Positions 19,230 to 28,565 are shown, counted from the first letter of the stretch. The stretch is 64,000 nucleotides of DNA from Candidatus Omnitrophota bacterium (GCA_030650425.1 JAUSED010000012.1:64905-128904); one strand, 5' to 3'. Program-made: numbers and translations. The notes: generated from the letters alone by a model not told the origin.

Positions 19230-19688
19230 ATGATAAAAAGAAAATGTAAAGTTTGCGGGAAAGTATTCTTTATAAAAAAATTTCATGCGGAAAAGGGGTG
19301 GGGAAAGTATTGTTCAGTTAAATGTCACGCAAAAGGGCAGAGAAATGGAAAATGGGTTGAATGCGTTTATTGCGGGAAAAAGATTTACAGGACACCCCGT
19401 GATTATAGAAAATCAAAAAGTAAGAGATTCTTTTGTTCAGTAAGATGCCATTGCTCATGGGAGAATAAAAATGTCAGGTGTGGAGTTAATTCTCCCAATT
19501 GGGTTGCAGGTGAAAGTGCTTATCGTGATTTAATGCATAGATATAATATTCCGTATGAATGCTCTAAATGCGGAATCTCTGATAAAAGGGTATTAATCGT
19601 GCACCATAAAGATGGCGATAGAAAAAATAATAGTATTAAGAATTTAGAACGCCTTTGTTGTAATTGTCACGCAATTTTGCATAACTAG
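19230..19688 (+). CDS. HNH endonuclease with N-terminal zinc-ribbon repeats
   Basis: Three CxxC...C(H) ribbons, then an HNH motif VHHKDGDRKNN...LCCNCHAILH. Confidence 0.8.
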   Translation: MIKRKCKVCGKVFFIKKFHAEKGWGKYCSVKCHAKGQRNGKWVECVYCGKKIYRTPRDYRKSKSKRFFCSVRCHCSWENKNVRCGVNSPNWVAGESAYRDLMHRYNIPYECSKCGISDKRVLIVHHKDGDRKNNSIKNLERLCCNCHAILHN

Positions 19689-19694
19689 TTTTAT

Positions 19695-19770
19695 GGTGGC
19701 TATAGCTCAATTGGTTAGAGCGTCTGACTGTGGCTCAGAAGGTTTGCGGGTTCGATCCCCGTTAGCCACC
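19695..19770 (+). tRNA. tRNA-His (anticodon GTG) with G-1
   Basis: Extra 5' G pairs with discriminator C. Acceptor GTGGCTA/TAGCCAC, anticodon stem TCTGA/TCAGA with loop CUGUGGC, T-loop TTCGATC. Resembles E. coli tRNA-His. Confidence 0.85.
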
Positions 19771-21199
19771 CTAATTCTAAATGGCGGTTTTCCGCCATAA
19801 ATTTGAAGTCGGAACTATAAGAAACAATTAGGGTTTTGTTATACAGCTTAAGGTTCGATACAATTTTTTGCAAAAAATCACGCTGGGCGTCGGGATTTGC
19901 CTCCGCTGCGATGTAACTGGCTTGGTGAGCAAGAGTTAGAAAGTTTTTGAAGTGTTCGAGCCAGTCCCCGTTACTGTCACCCTTTTCTGAAATATCGAAC
20001 TTCCTGCTAAACAATTCGGCTTTCTTCTGCTTATACTCTTCGTCGGTAATGATACCCTTTAGCGACATGTCCAAGAGCCGCTTTAGCTGGTCGTCAACCT
20101 CTTGCGTTTTCATTTCGCCGCTAATCCGGTTATGAACTTTTTCCGCTGCAAGGAACGCCCGCTCTCGCTCTAACTCTTTTATCATCCAGGCATAGGCATT
20201 GTCATCAAGCGCAACTTTCTCGATGGCCTCTTTGACTTGTTGGGCGAGATTTTCTTCTCTAAGAAAAACAGAAGACTGCTGGCAGGGATCGCGTTTTTTC
20301 GAGCAATGATAGTAGTGATGTCCTTTTTGAACCTCGGCTGTTATTTGGCAGCCACATTCAGCGCACCTTATAAACCCACGGAAGACAAAATAATGTTTCC
20401 TCTCGTAAGAAGGTTTGCTCCTGAATCTTAAAATCTCCTGCACCTTATCAAATAATTCTTTGTTTATAATAGGCGGGTGGCTGCCCTGGAAAATCTCGCC
20501 CTTATACACAAAGAGGCCAAGATAGAATTGATTCGTTAATATCCGGTGGACGTTACTGTACGAAAGCGGGCGCTTGGCTCTCTTGCTCACCAAGCCAGAC
20601 GCAGTCGCCAATTTTCTCAACTCATCAACCGTATATCTTCCTTCAGCGCACAAGGCATACAATCTCTGTACAAGGGGAGAGGCGAGGGGATCAACAGTTA
20701 TTTTACCTCTATCGTTTAAATACCCGATAGGCGCGAATGCGGGATATTCGCCAAGCCTTACCTTTTCGCGCAAGCCACGCTTAGTGTTTTCGCTTAGATT
20801 ATCAACGTAGTATTTACTCTGACCGAAAATAATATTGAGCATAAACTTGCCTTGTGCGCTGTTATCGAAGCGGTAAGTAGGGAAGCGAAGATCAAGGATA
20901 TCCCCGGTATCTACGAGATAGATAATTTTTCCGCCATCTATCGAGTTGCGCGCAAGTCTATCCGGATGCCAGGCGATGATGCCGGACGCCTCACCTTTCT
21001 CAATTCGTTTAATCATTTCGTCAAATATCGGGCGTCCGGGTGACTTAGCTGTCTTGGCTTCTTGAAATTCCTGAACTATTAAGAGGTTTTCTTTCTTGCC
21101 GTATTCGCGAACTTCGTTTAATTGCGACTGAATAGAGAGGACTTGCTTATCTTCTGTGTCGGTAGACTTGCGCGCATACAAGAAATATTTCATCTCCAC
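19715..21199 (-). CDS. Large serine recombinase (resolvase catalytic domain + recombinase domain + zinc ribbon + coiled coil)
   Basis: Catalytic motif YARKSTDTEDKQ near the N-terminus; zinc ribbon CAECGC...HCSKKRDPC; 494 aa. The last ~62 codons run through IR-L and antisense into the 3' half of tRNA-His. Confidence 0.9.
   Translation of the reverse strand: MEMKYFLYARKSTDTEDKQVLSIQSQLNEVREYGKKENLLIVQEFQEAKTAKSPGRPIFDEMIKRIEKGEASGIIAWHPDRLARNSIDGGKIIYLVDTGDILDLRFPTYRFDNSAQGKFMLNIIFGQSKYYVDNLSENTKRGLREKVRLGEYPAFAPIGYLNDRGKITVDPLASPLVQRLYALCAEGRYTVDELRKLATASGLVSKRAKRPLSYSNVHRILTNQFYLGLFVYKGEIFQGSHPPIINKELFDKVQEILRFRSKPSYERKHYFVFRGFIRCAECGCQITAEVQKGHHYYHCSKKRDPCQQSSVFLREENLAQQVKEAIEKVALDDNAYAWMIKELERERAFLAAEKVHNRISGEMKTQEVDDQLKRLLDMSLKGIITDEEYKQKKAELFSRKFDISEKGDSNGDWLEHFKNFLTLAHQASYIAAEANPDAQRDFLQKIVSNLKLYNKTLIVSYSSDFKFMAENRHLELGWLTGIEPANLLSHSQTL
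19773..19901. repeat. Left copy of a perfect 129-bp inverted repeat (IR-L)
   Basis: Reverse complement is identical over 129 bp to 21324–21452. Starts 3 nt after tRNA-His. Encodes 43 C-terminal residues of the recombinase. Confidence 0.9.
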
Positions 21200-21323
21200 A
21201 CCTCCTTAGAAAATTGGCGACTGCGTCCGTCAAGCATTTACGGAACTTATATCGCAGCGGGTCTGCTCAAAGAGCAGACAGTTATAAAATTTTGAGTCCT
21301 CAACAACTCAAAATTATTTAACA

Positions 21324-21452
21324 GGCAAATCCCGACGCCCAGCGTGATTTTTTGCAAAAAATTGTATCGAACCTTAAGCTGTATAACAAAACCCTAATTG
21401 TTTCTTATAGTTCCGACTTCAAATTTATGGCGGAAAACCGCCATTTAGAATT
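21324..21452. repeat. Right copy of the perfect 129-bp inverted repeat (IR-R)
   Basis: Identical to the reverse complement of 19773–19901. Lies 125 bp upstream of the recombinase start codon. Confidence 0.9.
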
Positions 21453-22080
21453 GGGGTCCTTGCTTTCTGGTAATCGAAAGATTTTTAGCTCCAAATATAC
21501 TTAATTTTTTCTCGTCTCTCTGAAACCCCTCTACTCCCCGGGGTAAAGCCCTAAGGAAACAGCTTAAAATGCACCGCGCCCACAAACAAATTCTTTCCCG
21601 GAAAGAACCTCTACTACTATATTATCGCCGCTCTGCCCCGCCCTTTAAGGTTACTGTATCTAATACCGGGGTAAAGCTGGTCTCTAAGGAAACAGCTTAA
21701 ATGCACCGCGCCCTGGGGGGCGCTCCCACATTGAGCGTGCATTGGCGCTCGCTGGGCCGCTCGCTTCGAGCTAATTTTAGTGCGTGTGCGGCGCAGCTGT
21801 GGCTTGCGCCGGGCGGGGGCGGCGCAAGCCACAGCGTCCTCACCCGACATGCTGTTACAAGCTAAAAACAAAATTTTTTAGAGAGGTTCGTCCGCTATGC
21901 CGCTATTACTCCCCAAATACAGCTTTGGACGCGGCATTGCTGCGCCTCTCCCGATCAACACTTTAAAGCTCAAACATTGGGGCGGGCGTGGTGCTGCCTG
22001 TCCTCCGCAGGAGGAGGCACGTCCGCCCCACATCTACCCTTGGCTCCGGCAAAATTTGGTGCGGGCAAATTTTGCCTAAC
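21453..22080. other. GC-rich (about 65–70%) structured non-coding segment with two ~45-bp direct repeats and several perfect hairpins
   Basis: Direct repeats 21538–21581 and 21666–21713. Perfect 16-bp hairpin 21796–21835. 10-bp hairpin GGCAAAATTT/AAATTTTGCC near 22040–22075. No ORF with coding character. Confidence 0.4.
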
Positions 22081-22201
22081 CCTTAAAACCATTAGCTCAA
22101 AGAAAGAACGAAAAAGAGATATTTTAAAAAGCACTTTTGGTGTATAATATTGCTTAATAATGATGGATTAAATATACTTTCCTGATAATGCTATCATAAT
22201 A

Positions 22202-22423
22202 ATGCAACATAGTCAAGGGGGATTCATGTTAGGTCAAAACATAAAAAAATTTAGAAAAAAGAAAAAATTGACGCAGGATACACTTGCTCGAATTGCAAAT
22301 ATCCCCTATACAAGCATAACGAAGATTGAAACTGGCGTAATAAAGAAGCCTTCTGTTCAGGCAGTTGCTAAAATAGCAAAGGCTTTAGGTATTTCAATAG
22401 ATGCATTAATGGAGGGAGTTTAA
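22202..22423 (+). CDS. XRE-family HTH regulator (candidate R-M controller, C-protein)
   Basis: HTH motif LTQDTLARIANIPYTSITKIETG; small gene immediately upstream of mod. Confidence 0.7.
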   Translation: MQHSQGGFMLGQNIKKFRKKKKLTQDTLARIANIPYTSITKIETGVIKKPSVQAVAKIAKALGISIDALMEGV

Positions 22424-22454
22424 AAATAGGCATATTATACGAGGAGATAAAATT

Positions 22455-24392
22455 ATGCAAAATTTAATCGATGACTTGCTGAAGTTATTAAAAAAAGACG
22501 AGCGTCTTGTTTCGCAAGATGGCGTACTTTTAAAAAATCAAACACAGGAATTGGCGCGCAAAAATGATCCCCAGCTCATAAAACTTTTGCTTTCTGATAA
22601 AGCCATAAAACAGCACTTCTTTTTTGAAGTCGAAAAGGCTCTGATTTTTGATAAAGAAAAATTCGTCCGCTTTGTATCCAATAAACAGTTTTTACCGGAT
22701 TCATATACCACATTTTCTCAAAATATTGGACTATTGCACGAAGATGGAAGGATGTTCAGAGAAATTAATGCTGAAAAAGAAGTTGTTTTGGTTTGGCCTT
22801 ACAAGGATTGTATTTTGGAAGGCGGGATGACCAAAGAAGACCTAAAGCGCGATGAGATTTTTTATAACGAAACCTTGGCGCCGGATGACATTAACCGCTT
22901 GATGGATGCCAAAGTTTTCACCGATTTCAAACGGATAGACAAAAAGGGCGAGCATAAACTGGACGGCTTCAAGCGTGATGAAAGAGGTACAATTAAAGAC
23001 AATTTGATTATTAAAGGAAATAACCTTCTTGCACTTGCTTCGCTTAAAAAAGAATTCGCAGGGAAAGTGAAATTGATTTACATTGATCCGCCATATAATA
23101 CCGGAGGTGCCGTTGATACCTTTACATACAACAATGACTTTGATCACTCCACGTGGTTAGTTTTTATGAAAAATAGGCTTGAAATAGCCAAATCATTTCT
23201 GAGAGAGGATGGATTTATTGCAATTACTATCGATCACGAGGAATTATATTATTTAGGCGCATTAGCCGATGAAGTATTTCGTAGAGAAAATCGGGTTGGT
23301 TTAGTCACAATCTATATAAATCCAAAAGGAAGACAGCATGAGAAGTTCTTTTCTGCTGCGACTGAATACATGCTTATATATGCGAAAAATAAAGTTAGTG
23401 CGAAATTTAATAAAATTACGCTAGATGATGAGATAGCCGAAACTTTTGATTTTTCTGATGATGATGGGGATTATCGCTTGGAAAAATTTATTAGAGCAAG
23501 AACTAGTACGTCGAGAAAAAATAAGCCGGATTTTTATTATCCGATTTATGTAAGTAACGATCTGAAGGATATTACGCTCATTAAGAAACCTGGCTATAAG
23601 GCGGTATTTCCTATCCAAAATGGTGTTGAATACTCTTGGAAAACTATTTCCAAGACATTTGATGAGCGAAATATAAACGGCTTTTTTGTTGCCAAAAAGG
23701 AACAAGGCGAAATTGTTATTTATCATAAATACTACGAACAGCAGGTTTTAAAGAACCTATGGACTGATAAAAAGTATTTTCCTGAATTTCAGGGAACAAA
23801 CTTGTTAAAAAAACTTTTGGGGGCGAACCTGTTTAGTTATCCTAAATCTTTGTATGCGGTGGTAGACACATTAAAGATTATGACCAGCGGAAATGATATT
23901 GTTATGGATTTTTTTGCAGGCTCAGGCACCACTGGGCACGCAACCCTAGCGTTAAACGAGGAAGATGAACAACAGAGGCAATTCATTTTGGTTGAACAAT
24001 TAGATAGACATATTGATGTTTGTATAAAAAGAATAAAAAAAGTCTTGGAACAAAGCACAAAACAGAACAACTTCATATATATGGGGCTCGCAAAATGGAA
24101 CGAGGATTGGATAGAAAAAATAGAAAAAGCTAAGACCGGAAAAGAGCTTGCCAAACTTTGGGACGAGATGAAAGAAATCGCCTTTTTGAGCTACAAAGTT
24201 GATCCAAAAACAGTTGATGCAAATTCCAAAGAATTCGCAGATTTGGGGATTACCGACCAAAAGAAGTTTTTGGTTGAATGCTTGGATAAAAATCAGCTTT
24301 ATATCAATTTGAGCGAGATTGAGGATAAAGAATACGGGGTGAGCAAAGATGATAAAGATCTGAATAAGAGCTTTTATAATGGGAAACAATGA
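22455..24392 (+). CDS. mod: Type III R-M Mod subunit (beta-class N6-adenine DNA methyltransferase)
   Basis: Motif IV DPPYNTGG precedes motif I FFAGSGTTGHA (beta-class order); 645 aa; overlaps the start of res. Confidence 0.85.
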   Translation: MQNLIDDLLKLLKKDERLVSQDGVLLKNQTQELARKNDPQLIKLLLSDKAIKQHFFFEVEKALIFDKEKFVRFVSNKQFLPDSYTTFSQNIGLLHEDGRMFREINAEKEVVLVWPYKDCILEGGMTKEDLKRDEIFYNETLAPDDINRLMDAKVFTDFKRIDKKGEHKLDGFKRDERGTIKDNLIIKGNNLLALASLKKEFAGKVKLIYIDPPYNTGGAVDTFTYNNDFDHSTWLVFMKNRLEIAKSFLREDGFIAITIDHEELYYLGALADEVFRRENRVGLVTIYINPKGRQHEKFFSAATEYMLIYAKNKVSAKFNKITLDDEIAETFDFSDDDGDYRLEKFIRARTSTSRKNKPDFYYPIYVSNDLKDITLIKKPGYKAVFPIQNGVEYSWKTISKTFDERNINGFFVAKKEQGEIVIYHKYYEQQVLKNLWTDKKYFPEFQGTNLLKKLLGANLFSYPKSLYAVVDTLKIMTSGNDIVMDFFAGSGTTGHATLALNEEDEQQRQFILVEQLDRHIDVCIKRIKKVLEQSTKQNNFIYMGLAKWNEDWIEKIEKAKTGKELAKLWDEMKEIAFLSYKVDPKTVDANSKEFADLGITDQKKFLVECLDKNQLYINLSEIEDKEYGVSKDDKDLNKSFYNGKQ

Positions 24393-27300
24393 TGTTATAT
24401 GACGAATTTAATACATATAAAAATTTTGCCGGTGCCGATGTTTTCAAAAATAAGGCGTTAGCAAAATCGGAGATTTTGAAAAGTATCAATCCGGCTTTTC
24501 CTGCGCGTGAATACCAGAAGGAAACGCTGGGACGGTTTTATTATTATTGTGAAGAATATCACCAAAAACAAAAGCCGATCCATTTGATGTTTAATATGGC
24601 GACCGGTTCGGGCAAGACGCTCATCATGGCGGCCAATATTCTATATTTATATCAAAAAGGCTATCGTAATTTCATTTTTTTCACCCGCCTTGGCAATATC
24701 ATCCAAAAGACGAAAGCCAATTTTCTCGATCCGACTTCTAAGAAATATCTCTTTGCCGACAAAATAGTATTTGGCGGGAAAGAAGTAAAAATCAATGAAG
24801 TAGATAATTTTGAGGGCGTCAGTGATGAGGACATAAGCGTTATTTTTTCTACCACATCGCTTTTACACTCTCGTTTTAATTACGCCCGCGAAAATGTTTT
24901 AACTTACGAAGATTTTGAGGATAAGAAAATTGTGTTGATTGCCGATGAAGCGCATAACTTGTCAGCGGAAACAAACGGTAAGATTAGCAAAACTGATGAA
25001 GAAGACCGCCGAAATTGGGAAAACACAGTAATGCGGATTTTGAACGCCAACAGCCAAAAAGACAATGTGCTTTTGGAATTTACGGCTACTGCCCGGCTTG
25101 AACAGGAATACCCGGAAATCATTGAAAAATATAAAGACAAGGCAATTTATCGGTACGATCTTAAAGAATATCGCTTGGACGGATTTTCAAAAGATGTGCG
25201 AACGTTACAGATTGATGCGCCGATTATGGAGCGAGTGCTTTCGGCGGTGATTATTTCACAGTACCGTTTAAAAATAGCGGGAAAGCACAAAATCGCATTA
25301 AAGCCGGTAGTTATGTTTAAGGCCAATAGGGTAAGTATTCCCAAGGAAGGAATATCTAAAGCGTATAATCCGCAAATTGTCGTTTCAAGTATTTTTAAGG
25401 ATTCTTTTCACAAGCTTATTGCCGGGCTCAATGAAAAAGCAATTCAACAGCAAGCCAAAATCAAAGATGACACATTACAAAAGGTTTTTCGATTCTTCAA
25501 AGAGCAAAAAATCTCACTATCTAATTTGGCGGAAGAAATCAAAAATGATTTTGCGCCTGAAAAATGTATAACAGTTGATGATGATAAAGATTTGGAGCAA
25601 AAACAACTTCTGTTGAATTCACTGGAGGATCGAAATAATGAAATTCGAGCGGTTTTTGCTACTGAAAAATTAAACGAAGGTTGGGATGTTCTCAACCTTT
25701 TTGATATTGTCCGTCTTTACAATAGCCGTGACGCTAAAGGCAATAAGCCGGGGAAAACGACGGTTCAGGAAGCACAGCTGATTGGGCGAGGAGCAAGATA
25801 CTATCCATTTACGATTGCGGATTTTACTGATCCATATCGCCGAAAATATGATGCTGATACACAAAATGAGCTTCGGATTTTAGAACAGCTTTATTATCAT
25901 AGCGTTACCAATACCAGATATATTCAAGAGCTAGAAACTGTCCTAGTCCGTGAAGGCATTATTCCTTCTCGAACAGTGCAAAAAGAAATAAGAATAAAAG
26001 CCGATTTTAAACTTAGCGATTTTTGGAAGGAAGGATACATTTTCTTAAATTCACGCAAGCAAAATTTGGGTAAGGATATTTTTGCGCTTTCGGACGCCAA
26101 AGCGGTATTTGATTACAATGCCGAAAGCAATATTTTTCAATTACCGACAAGAGAAGCAATTGAAAAAGATTTATTCGTTGCTGGCGCTGGTGTTGGAGAA
26201 AAAGCTAAGATAGAAATCAAGGAATTTAGACTCATTGACTTAGGAAGGCATGTCATTCGCACTGCTTTGATGAAGATACCTTCTGGGCAATTTAACGAGT
26301 TAAGCAAGATATTCGGCAATATAGAATCTGCGAAAGATTTTATTTCAAACGAAAAATACCTTGGTGGAGTCAAAATAAAAGTCAAGGGCACAAGTGAGCA
26401 GGTAGCGAATCTTCTGCAGGTTGAAAAATTAAGCATTGCCGGATTTGTGGTTGATAAAGTGCTAATAATTGCAACTAAAGAGAAAAAAGAATACTACGGG
26501 ACAAATGAATTTAAGGCTCATTTGGTCCAGAAGATATTTGAAAACGATAAAGTGCTCCAGTTGGACAGTGAAAGCCCGAGAGCGCAAAATATGCGGGATT
26601 TCGATTTTGATAATAAGGAATGGTTTGCGCAAAACGAAATCTGGGGGACTAGCGAGGAAGAGGCATTTTTGCGATTTATTGATGAGGCAATAGCCAAACT
26701 ACAGAAGAAATATCAAGATATTGCCTTGCTCCGCAATGAGCAGTTTTTCAAAATTTACAGCTTTGAAAATGGCGAGCCATTTTATCCGGATTTTGTTTTG
26801 TTTTTGACCGAGAAGAAGACGAAGCAAGAAGTTATGTATCAAATATTTATTGAGCCCAAAGGCGACCAATTCTTGGATGCGCAGAACACCTTTGAACAAT
26901 CTAAAGAAAGCTGGAAGCAAAAATTGCTTCTTGAAATAGAAAATAATCATACTGTTGATTTAAAAATAGAAAACAAGGATTTTCGTTTAATAGGCTTGCC
27001 TTTTTATAATAAGCAATTGCAGGAGAAGTTTAGCGAGGCTTTTGAGCGATTTGTTGATTCGCCCAGACAGGAGAAATCGGATTTATTCTTTAGCGATGTT
27101 ATTCCGGAATCAACTTACTCAGAAGGCTATCTCCCAATTTGCGATCTTCAGGCAGTAGCAACTTCTTTCCGAGAGCAAAAGACTCCTACGATTAAAGGCT
27201 GGAAGCCCGCGAAGAAGAAGTATACAGAGGGTTATTTTATCGCTCAGGTCATAGGCAAATCTATGGAATCGACCATACCTGACGGAAGCTGGTGTTTGTT

Positions 27301-27562
27301 CCGGCCAGACCAAGGCGGTTCGCGTAATGGCAAAATTGTGTTAGCTGAATCACGCAGGGTAACTGATCCCGAAACCCAGCAAAGTTTTACCATCAAGAGG
27401 TATAGAAGCGAAAAGAGGCAGTTTAAGGATGAAACGTGGATCCACACCAAAATAACTCTTTCCCCGGACAATAAAGAATTCAAAGATATCGTCCTAAAAA
27501 ATGTTCGTGAAGATGAATTCCACATAGCGGCGGAGTTTGTGGAGGTCTTGTCAAAAGAATAG
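24389..27562 (+). CDS. res: Type III R-M Res subunit (SF2 helicase + endonuclease) with C-terminal LexA/S24-like autopeptidase domain
   Basis: Walker A MATGSGKT; DEAH box LIADEAHN. The C-terminal ~120 aa align to the LexA C-domain: GKSMESTIPDGSW (Ser motif), NGKIVLAE, and FTIKRY (Lys). Confidence 0.8.
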   Translation: MMLYDEFNTYKNFAGADVFKNKALAKSEILKSINPAFPAREYQKETLGRFYYYCEEYHQKQKPIHLMFNMATGSGKTLIMAANILYLYQKGYRNFIFFTRLGNIIQKTKANFLDPTSKKYLFADKIVFGGKEVKINEVDNFEGVSDEDISVIFSTTSLLHSRFNYARENVLTYEDFEDKKIVLIADEAHNLSAETNGKISKTDEEDRRNWENTVMRILNANSQKDNVLLEFTATARLEQEYPEIIEKYKDKAIYRYDLKEYRLDGFSKDVRTLQIDAPIMERVLSAVIISQYRLKIAGKHKIALKPVVMFKANRVSIPKEGISKAYNPQIVVSSIFKDSFHKLIAGLNEKAIQQQAKIKDDTLQKVFRFFKEQKISLSNLAEEIKNDFAPEKCITVDDDKDLEQKQLLLNSLEDRNNEIRAVFATEKLNEGWDVLNLFDIVRLYNSRDAKGNKPGKTTVQEAQLIGRGARYYPFTIADFTDPYRRKYDADTQNELRILEQLYYHSVTNTRYIQELETVLVREGIIPSRTVQKEIRIKADFKLSDFWKEGYIFLNSRKQNLGKDIFALSDAKAVFDYNAESNIFQLPTREAIEKDLFVAGAGVGEKAKIEIKEFRLIDLGRHVIRTALMKIPSGQFNELSKIFGNIESAKDFISNEKYLGGVKIKVKGTSEQVANLLQVEKLSIAGFVVDKVLIIATKEKKEYYGTNEFKAHLVQKIFENDKVLQLDSESPRAQNMRDFDFDNKEWFAQNEIWGTSEEEAFLRFIDEAIAKLQKKYQDIALLRNEQFFKIYSFENGEPFYPDFVLFLTEKKTKQEVMYQIFIEPKGDQFLDAQNTFEQSKESWKQKLLLEIENNHTVDLKIENKDFRLIGLPFYNKQLQEKFSEAFERFVDSPRQEKSDLFFSDVIPESTYSEGYLPICDLQAVATSFREQKTPTIKGWKPAKKKYTEGYFIAQVIGKSMESTIPDGSWCLFRPDQGGSRNGKIVLAESRRVTDPETQQSFTIKRYRSEKRQFKDETWIHTKITLSPDNKEFKDIVLKNVREDEFHIAAEFVEVLSKE

Positions 27563-27639
27563 ATCAATTTTTTAACGTCAAGTGAAGAGCGTAATAGTGG
27601 GTCACGGGTATTGTATTTTGCATAATTGAGTCGGTTCAA

Positions 27640-28482
27640 ATGGAAATAATTCTAAACATAGTATCGGGTGGTCTTTCAGGCGCATTGTTAGTGTGGCTTT
27701 TGCGCCACTGGATTTCTGAGCGCATAAAAGAAAGCATAAAACACGAGTATGCGCAAAGACTTGAAGCATATAAGGCTGAACTTAATGCCAATATCCAGTC
27801 AGTGTTACATGAACAGCAACTATATCAACTTCGAACGTCTCTTTTTTTTGAACACCAGCGGCTGGCGTTCGCTTCTATCCTTAGCCAGATTGCTGAAACT
27901 AAGCAAAAATGGTTTGAAACTGGATATGATTCAGAGTTGGGGTGGCAAGAGCAGGTTCCAGTACCTACTGGGGAATACGATAAACTGAAAAAGGCATATT
28001 ATGATCATCAGCTTTTTTTAGATCAGGATTGTATTTTTGCGCTTGATTTAGTTCTTGAAGCAATGAGCGATTCATTCCCAGTTCAAGAGGGGGATGGTAC
28101 ATTGCATCATAGAGACTGCGAAGAGCCTTATGAGCGCTTGGTGTTCTTGCAAGAACGAGTTGCTCTGCTTTTTCAGGAAAAAATAGGGCTCAGAGTGTCG
28201 CAAGAAATAAAGACGGAGCTTGCTCTTTTAGGGGCAATCAGATTGCTCAATCGTTATCATTTTAAGGATATAGATCTGCCGGTTAAAGGGCCTTTGAAAT
28301 TGACTGCCGAAGATAAAGCTTTTGATGCTGTGATTAAGGCAGAAAAAAATAAAGCGGAATTGGTTTCAAAGTTAACTGAATTTAGAAATCATCTGGAGAA
28401 GGAAGGTTTCTTTCATGATGCATGGGAAATGGCAACCCGATGCCTTAATCTCCTTTCTGCCACAAAGAAAATTCCTACATAA
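27640..28482 (+). CDS. Hypothetical protein with N-terminal TM helix
   Basis: ORF with coding-like composition only; no motif recognised. Confidence 0.35.
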   Translation: MEIILNIVSGGLSGALLVWLLRHWISERIKESIKHEYAQRLEAYKAELNANIQSVLHEQQLYQLRTSLFFEHQRLAFASILSQIAETKQKWFETGYDSELGWQEQVPVPTGEYDKLKKAYYDHQLFLDQDCIFALDLVLEAMSDSFPVQEGDGTLHHRDCEEPYERLVFLQERVALLFQEKIGLRVSQEIKTELALLGAIRLLNRYHFKDIDLPVKGPLKLTAEDKAFDAVIKAEKNKAELVSKLTEFRNHLEKEGFFHDAWEMATRCLNLLSATKKIPT

Positions 28483-28565
28483 CAAAAACATTGACAAAGC
28501 AGGACAAATAATGTATATTTTAAGTAGAGAATATTATAAATGTCCCAAATCGAGGACAAATTAAA

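Larger units (their letters stand above)
19773..21452. mobile_element. Candidate invertible/mobile module: a serine recombinase gene bracketed by 129-bp perfect inverted repeats next to tRNA-His
   Basis: See the findings. The structure is seen directly in the sequence; its mobility or inversion is inferred. Confidence 0.5.

Noticed and set aside
19947-21043. Four + strand ORFs (62–78 aa) inside the recombinase gene
   Set aside because: They are antisense to a strongly supported 494-aa serine recombinase and have no start context or domain signal.
21538-21713. Two ~45-bp direct repeats as a possible minimal CRISPR array
   Set aside because: There are only two copies and they are imperfect. 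The 85-bp spacing is not spacer-like, and no cas genes are present. They are treated as part of the structured GC-rich element.
21617-22079. Three short ORFs (84, 60 and 60 aa) in the GC-rich segment
   Set aside because: They are open only because the region is GC-rich and stop-poor. The translations are Ala/Arg/Pro-rich low-complexity peptides with no start context.
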